From assembly GCA_963827275.1 (NCBI GenBank), contig CAWHAA010000005.1:672001-736000 (forward strand): a DNA stretch of 64,000 nt, read 5' to 3'. This document shows, one piece after another, positions 61,582 to 64,000 of this stretch. This DNA is from an uncultured Spirochaetota bacterium (GTDB taxonomy: Bacteria; Spirochaetota; UBA4802; UBA5550). Positions within the stretch are counted from its first letter, which is position 1. Each line of letters starts with the position of its first letter. Below the pieces are notes generated by a model. That model saw only the letters and a program-made list of their open reading frames with translations, ran no database searches and had not been told where the DNA came from. The position numbers and the translations under genes were made by a program.

Positions 61582-62997
61582 ATGGTACAGATAAACGACC
61601 TAACCTACGCCTACCCCCAGAACGGCAGGGGGATCGGGCCCTACTCCTTCTCGGTGAAGACCGGGGAGATGCTGCACATCACCGGCACCTCCGGCTGCGG
61701 CAAGAGCACGCTGGCGCGCTGCATCACCGGGCTCATCCCCCACATATACACCGGAACGATGCGGGGGCGGGTCCGTGTCGGCGGTCATACAACAGAGGAG
61801 ACCCCGCTCTGGAAGCTCTCGCGGACAGCGGGGTTCGTTTTCCAGAACCCGTCAATGCAGATGCTGGGCAACAGCATCGAGGAAGAGATACTCATCGGGC
61901 TGGAAAACCTCGGCCTTGACCGGGACGCGATGCGGGACCGGATGGAAGAGGCCCTCGGGCATTTCGGCCTCGGCGCGCTGCGCGGCAGGCGCCCCCAGAC
62001 CCTTTCAGGCGGCGAGCAGCAGAAACTGGCGCTGGCGTCCATACTCGCGCGCCGGCCGCCGGTGCTGGTGCTGGACGAGCCTCTTTCAATGCTTGACGTT
62101 GTCGCTGCGTCGGAGCTCGCCGACCACCTGTCGGAGCTCGCGCGCGCCGGGGTGACCGTCATCGTGTTCGAACACCGGGCCGACTACCTTGCGGGAATCC
62201 CCGGGATACGCGTGATGCGCCTTGACCAGGCGACAGCGTCCGAACATGCATTCTTTCCTGCCCCGGGAAGGATCGCGCCCGGACACGCCGCGGGAACGCG
62301 GCTCGACGTATCGGGCCTTGGCGTCAGGGCGGCCGGTAAAGAGCTGCTGAAAAACCTCAGCTTTTCGATTGATCCGGGCGTCATCACCGCGGTGGTCGGC
62401 AGGAACGGGTGCGGAAAGACCACCATGCTCCGCGCGCTGGCCGGCCTGCAGAAACACGACGGGAGCGTGGCCGTTAACGGCAGGCGGCCGGACTTCGGCC
62501 AGGTCTATCAGAACGCCGACCTCCAGCTTTTCAACGCGTCAGTCCGCAGCGAGATACTCTACCGCGTGAAGGACCCGGACATGACCCTCTACGCGTGGCT
62601 CCTGGAGACCCTGCGGCTCAAGCAGTACGAGAACACGCCGCCGCTCATACTGAGCGAGGGCGAGAAAAAGCGCGTGGCCCTGGCCGCGGTGCTGATGCAC
62701 AACCCGGCCGACGGGATACTCCTTGATGAGCCGTCGCTGGGACAGGACATTGCCCACAAAACGATGCTCATGGAGATCTGCCGCGGCCTGGCGGCCCGGG
62801 GGAAGATCATAGTCATGACCACGCATGAACTGCATCTCGCGGCCATGGCGGACCGGCTGCTGCTCCTCGGCCCGGACGGCATCGCCGCCGACGGTACGCC
62901 GGAGAGGGTATTTCTCGACCGCGCCGCGTGGGAGCGGGCGGGGATGTTCGTTCCCGGCTGGATCGCGCCTCCCGGCGAGGAAGGCATCACGGCATGA
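61582..62997 (+). CDS. ECF transporter ATPase with two fused ABC domains
   Basis: GTSGCGKST/VFQNP/LSGGEQQK/LDEP and GRNGCGKTT/YQNAD/LSEGEKKR/LDEP. Confidence 0.9.
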   Translation: MVQINDLTYAYPQNGRGIGPYSFSVKTGEMLHITGTSGCGKSTLARCITGLIPHIYTGTMRGRVRVGGHTTEETPLWKLSRTAGFVFQNPSMQMLGNSIEEEILIGLENLGLDRDAMRDRMEEALGHFGLGALRGRRPQTLSGGEQQKLALASILARRPPVLVLDEPLSMLDVVAASELADHLSELARAGVTVIVFEHRADYLAGIPGIRVMRLDQATASEHAFFPAPGRIAPGHAAGTRLDVSGLGVRAAGKELLKNLSFSIDPGVITAVVGRNGCGKTTMLRALAGLQKHDGSVAVNGRRPDFGQVYQNADLQLFNASVRSEILYRVKDPDMTLYAWLLETLRLKQYENTPPLILSEGEKKRVALAAVLMHNPADGILLDEPSLGQDIAHKTMLMEICRGLAARGKIIVMTTHELHLAAMADRLLLLGPDGIAADGTPERVFLDRAAWERAGMFVPGWIAPPGEEGITA

Positions 62998-63723
62998 TCG
63001 GCGGCTCCACCTACGGCATGACCGGCGCCATCGCGCTCGCGGAGGCTTCGCCCCTGCGCAGGGCGGACCCGCGCACCAAGCTGGCAATCTGCCTGTGCGC
63101 GTCGCTCGCCGTGATGCTCCCCCTTGAAAAGCTTGTTGCCTTTTTCCTCGTATATAGTATATTTATTACATGGGCGCGTCTTCTCCCTGAGGCGGTCCGG
63201 CAGGTCTGGAAGCTCAAATGGATACTGGGCGTGCTCTTCCTGGTTGACTGGATCGTGGTGTCGCCGGAGCTCGCCGTGGCCGTGACACTCAGGCTGGTGC
63301 TGATGGCCGGGGTATTCGCCATGTTCTTTTCCACGACCACGCCGTCCGAGTTGTGCTGCGCCCTGGTATGGCTGCGCGTGCCGTACCGTTACGCGTTCAG
63401 CATCGGCCTCTCCTTCCAGGCCGTGGGCAGCATCGACGATGAATGGCGCGGCATACTGGAGGCGCAGAGGGCCCGCGGCGCGTTCACGGCTCCTTCCGGG
63501 TGGCGCTACCTGACCGCAAAGGTACGGAACCTGGTATGCGCTCACCGTGCCGGCGGTGGTCCTCGCCGCGCGCCGGGCCTGGGCCATGACCGAGGCGGCG
63601 TACGCGCGCGGCTTCGATTCGCCGGACCGGAGCTCATACTCCCGGCTTTCCATGGGGGCGATCGACTGGCTCATCATCGCCGGGGCATGCGTCATCGCCG
63701 CGGCATTAATATTGTGGAGGTAA
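62994..63723 (+). CDS. ecfT: ECF transporter T component; frameshift near 63540
   Basis: DPRTKL, TTTPSEL, EAQRARG; shifted frame AMTEAAYARGF...LILWR-stop. Confidence 0.82.
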
Positions 63724-63727
63724 CGAC

Positions 63728-64000
63728 ATGGGTACATCGCGTCGCATTCTTATCTCAGCAGGAATCATCATTCTGGCCGTTGTGACGATACTCGTCATCG
63801 ATTCATTCCGCCGGGGCGGCGGTCTGTACCGCGCCCTGCACGAGGGAAAGGAAAAGTTTACCGCTGCATGCGTTCCGGTTTATTCAGGAGCGGCGCAGCC
63901 GGCCAGCTTCTGCGAGGCGGACGCGGCGAAGCTCGCTATAAAAAGCTTTGTGGACAAGGATGAGAACAAGAAGCAGGAAGGATGGCTCCTCCGCGACGTG
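63728..64000 (+). CDS. Membrane-anchored hypothetical protein, truncated by the window edge
   Basis: GGAGGT RBS; MGTSRRILISAGIIILAVVTILVID..., open to the end. Confidence 0.65.
   Translation, partial: MGTSRRILISAGIIILAVVTILVIDSFRRGGGLYRALHEGKEKFTAACVPVYSGAAQPASFCEADAAKLAIKSFVDKDENKKQEGWLLRDV

Overview
A 64 kb chromosomal window from a GC-rich bacterium. Gene content (rpsF-ssb-rpsR-DUF2232-rplI-dnaB, a 7TM-DISM-type sensor, FecR/LipL45-like and SGNH lipoproteins) suggests Spirochaetota, but this is an inference. Most of the window is housekeeping or metabolic: nadE, the S6/S18/L9/dnaB operon, lemA/TPM, valS, parAB, CDF/ArsR, carA, tupABC and an ECF module. The standout is an ~8.3 kb island (12237-20475) bracketed by two same-orientation arrays of a ~42-46 bp repeat (GGGGTCAGAGYAA...ACCGATAACTATCGG). 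It encodes a 74-aa Nif11-leader-like peptide co-oriented with a 7TM sensor kinase-REC-PP2C hybrid. Divergently it encodes a B12 radical SAM enzyme, a SAM methyltransferase, a ComQ-like isoprenoid-synthase-fold protein and a radical SAM enzyme with a partial SPASM domain. An AT-rich block inside the island starts within the kinase gene (covering the sensor half only) and ends within the 5' end of the prenyltransferase gene, resembling the variable pherotype cassettes of comQXP and agr. I propose a candidate modified-peptide signalling system. Other notable items: a RelE/HTH toxin-antitoxin pair between 88-bp direct repeats next to an IS91-like remnant, an FGGY kinase plus sphingosine-1-phosphate-lyase-like operon, and a YchF homolog with degenerate NTPase motifs. 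Many small indels (valS, carA, ecfT and others) look like assembly errors. All family assignments are by motif recognition; no searches were run.
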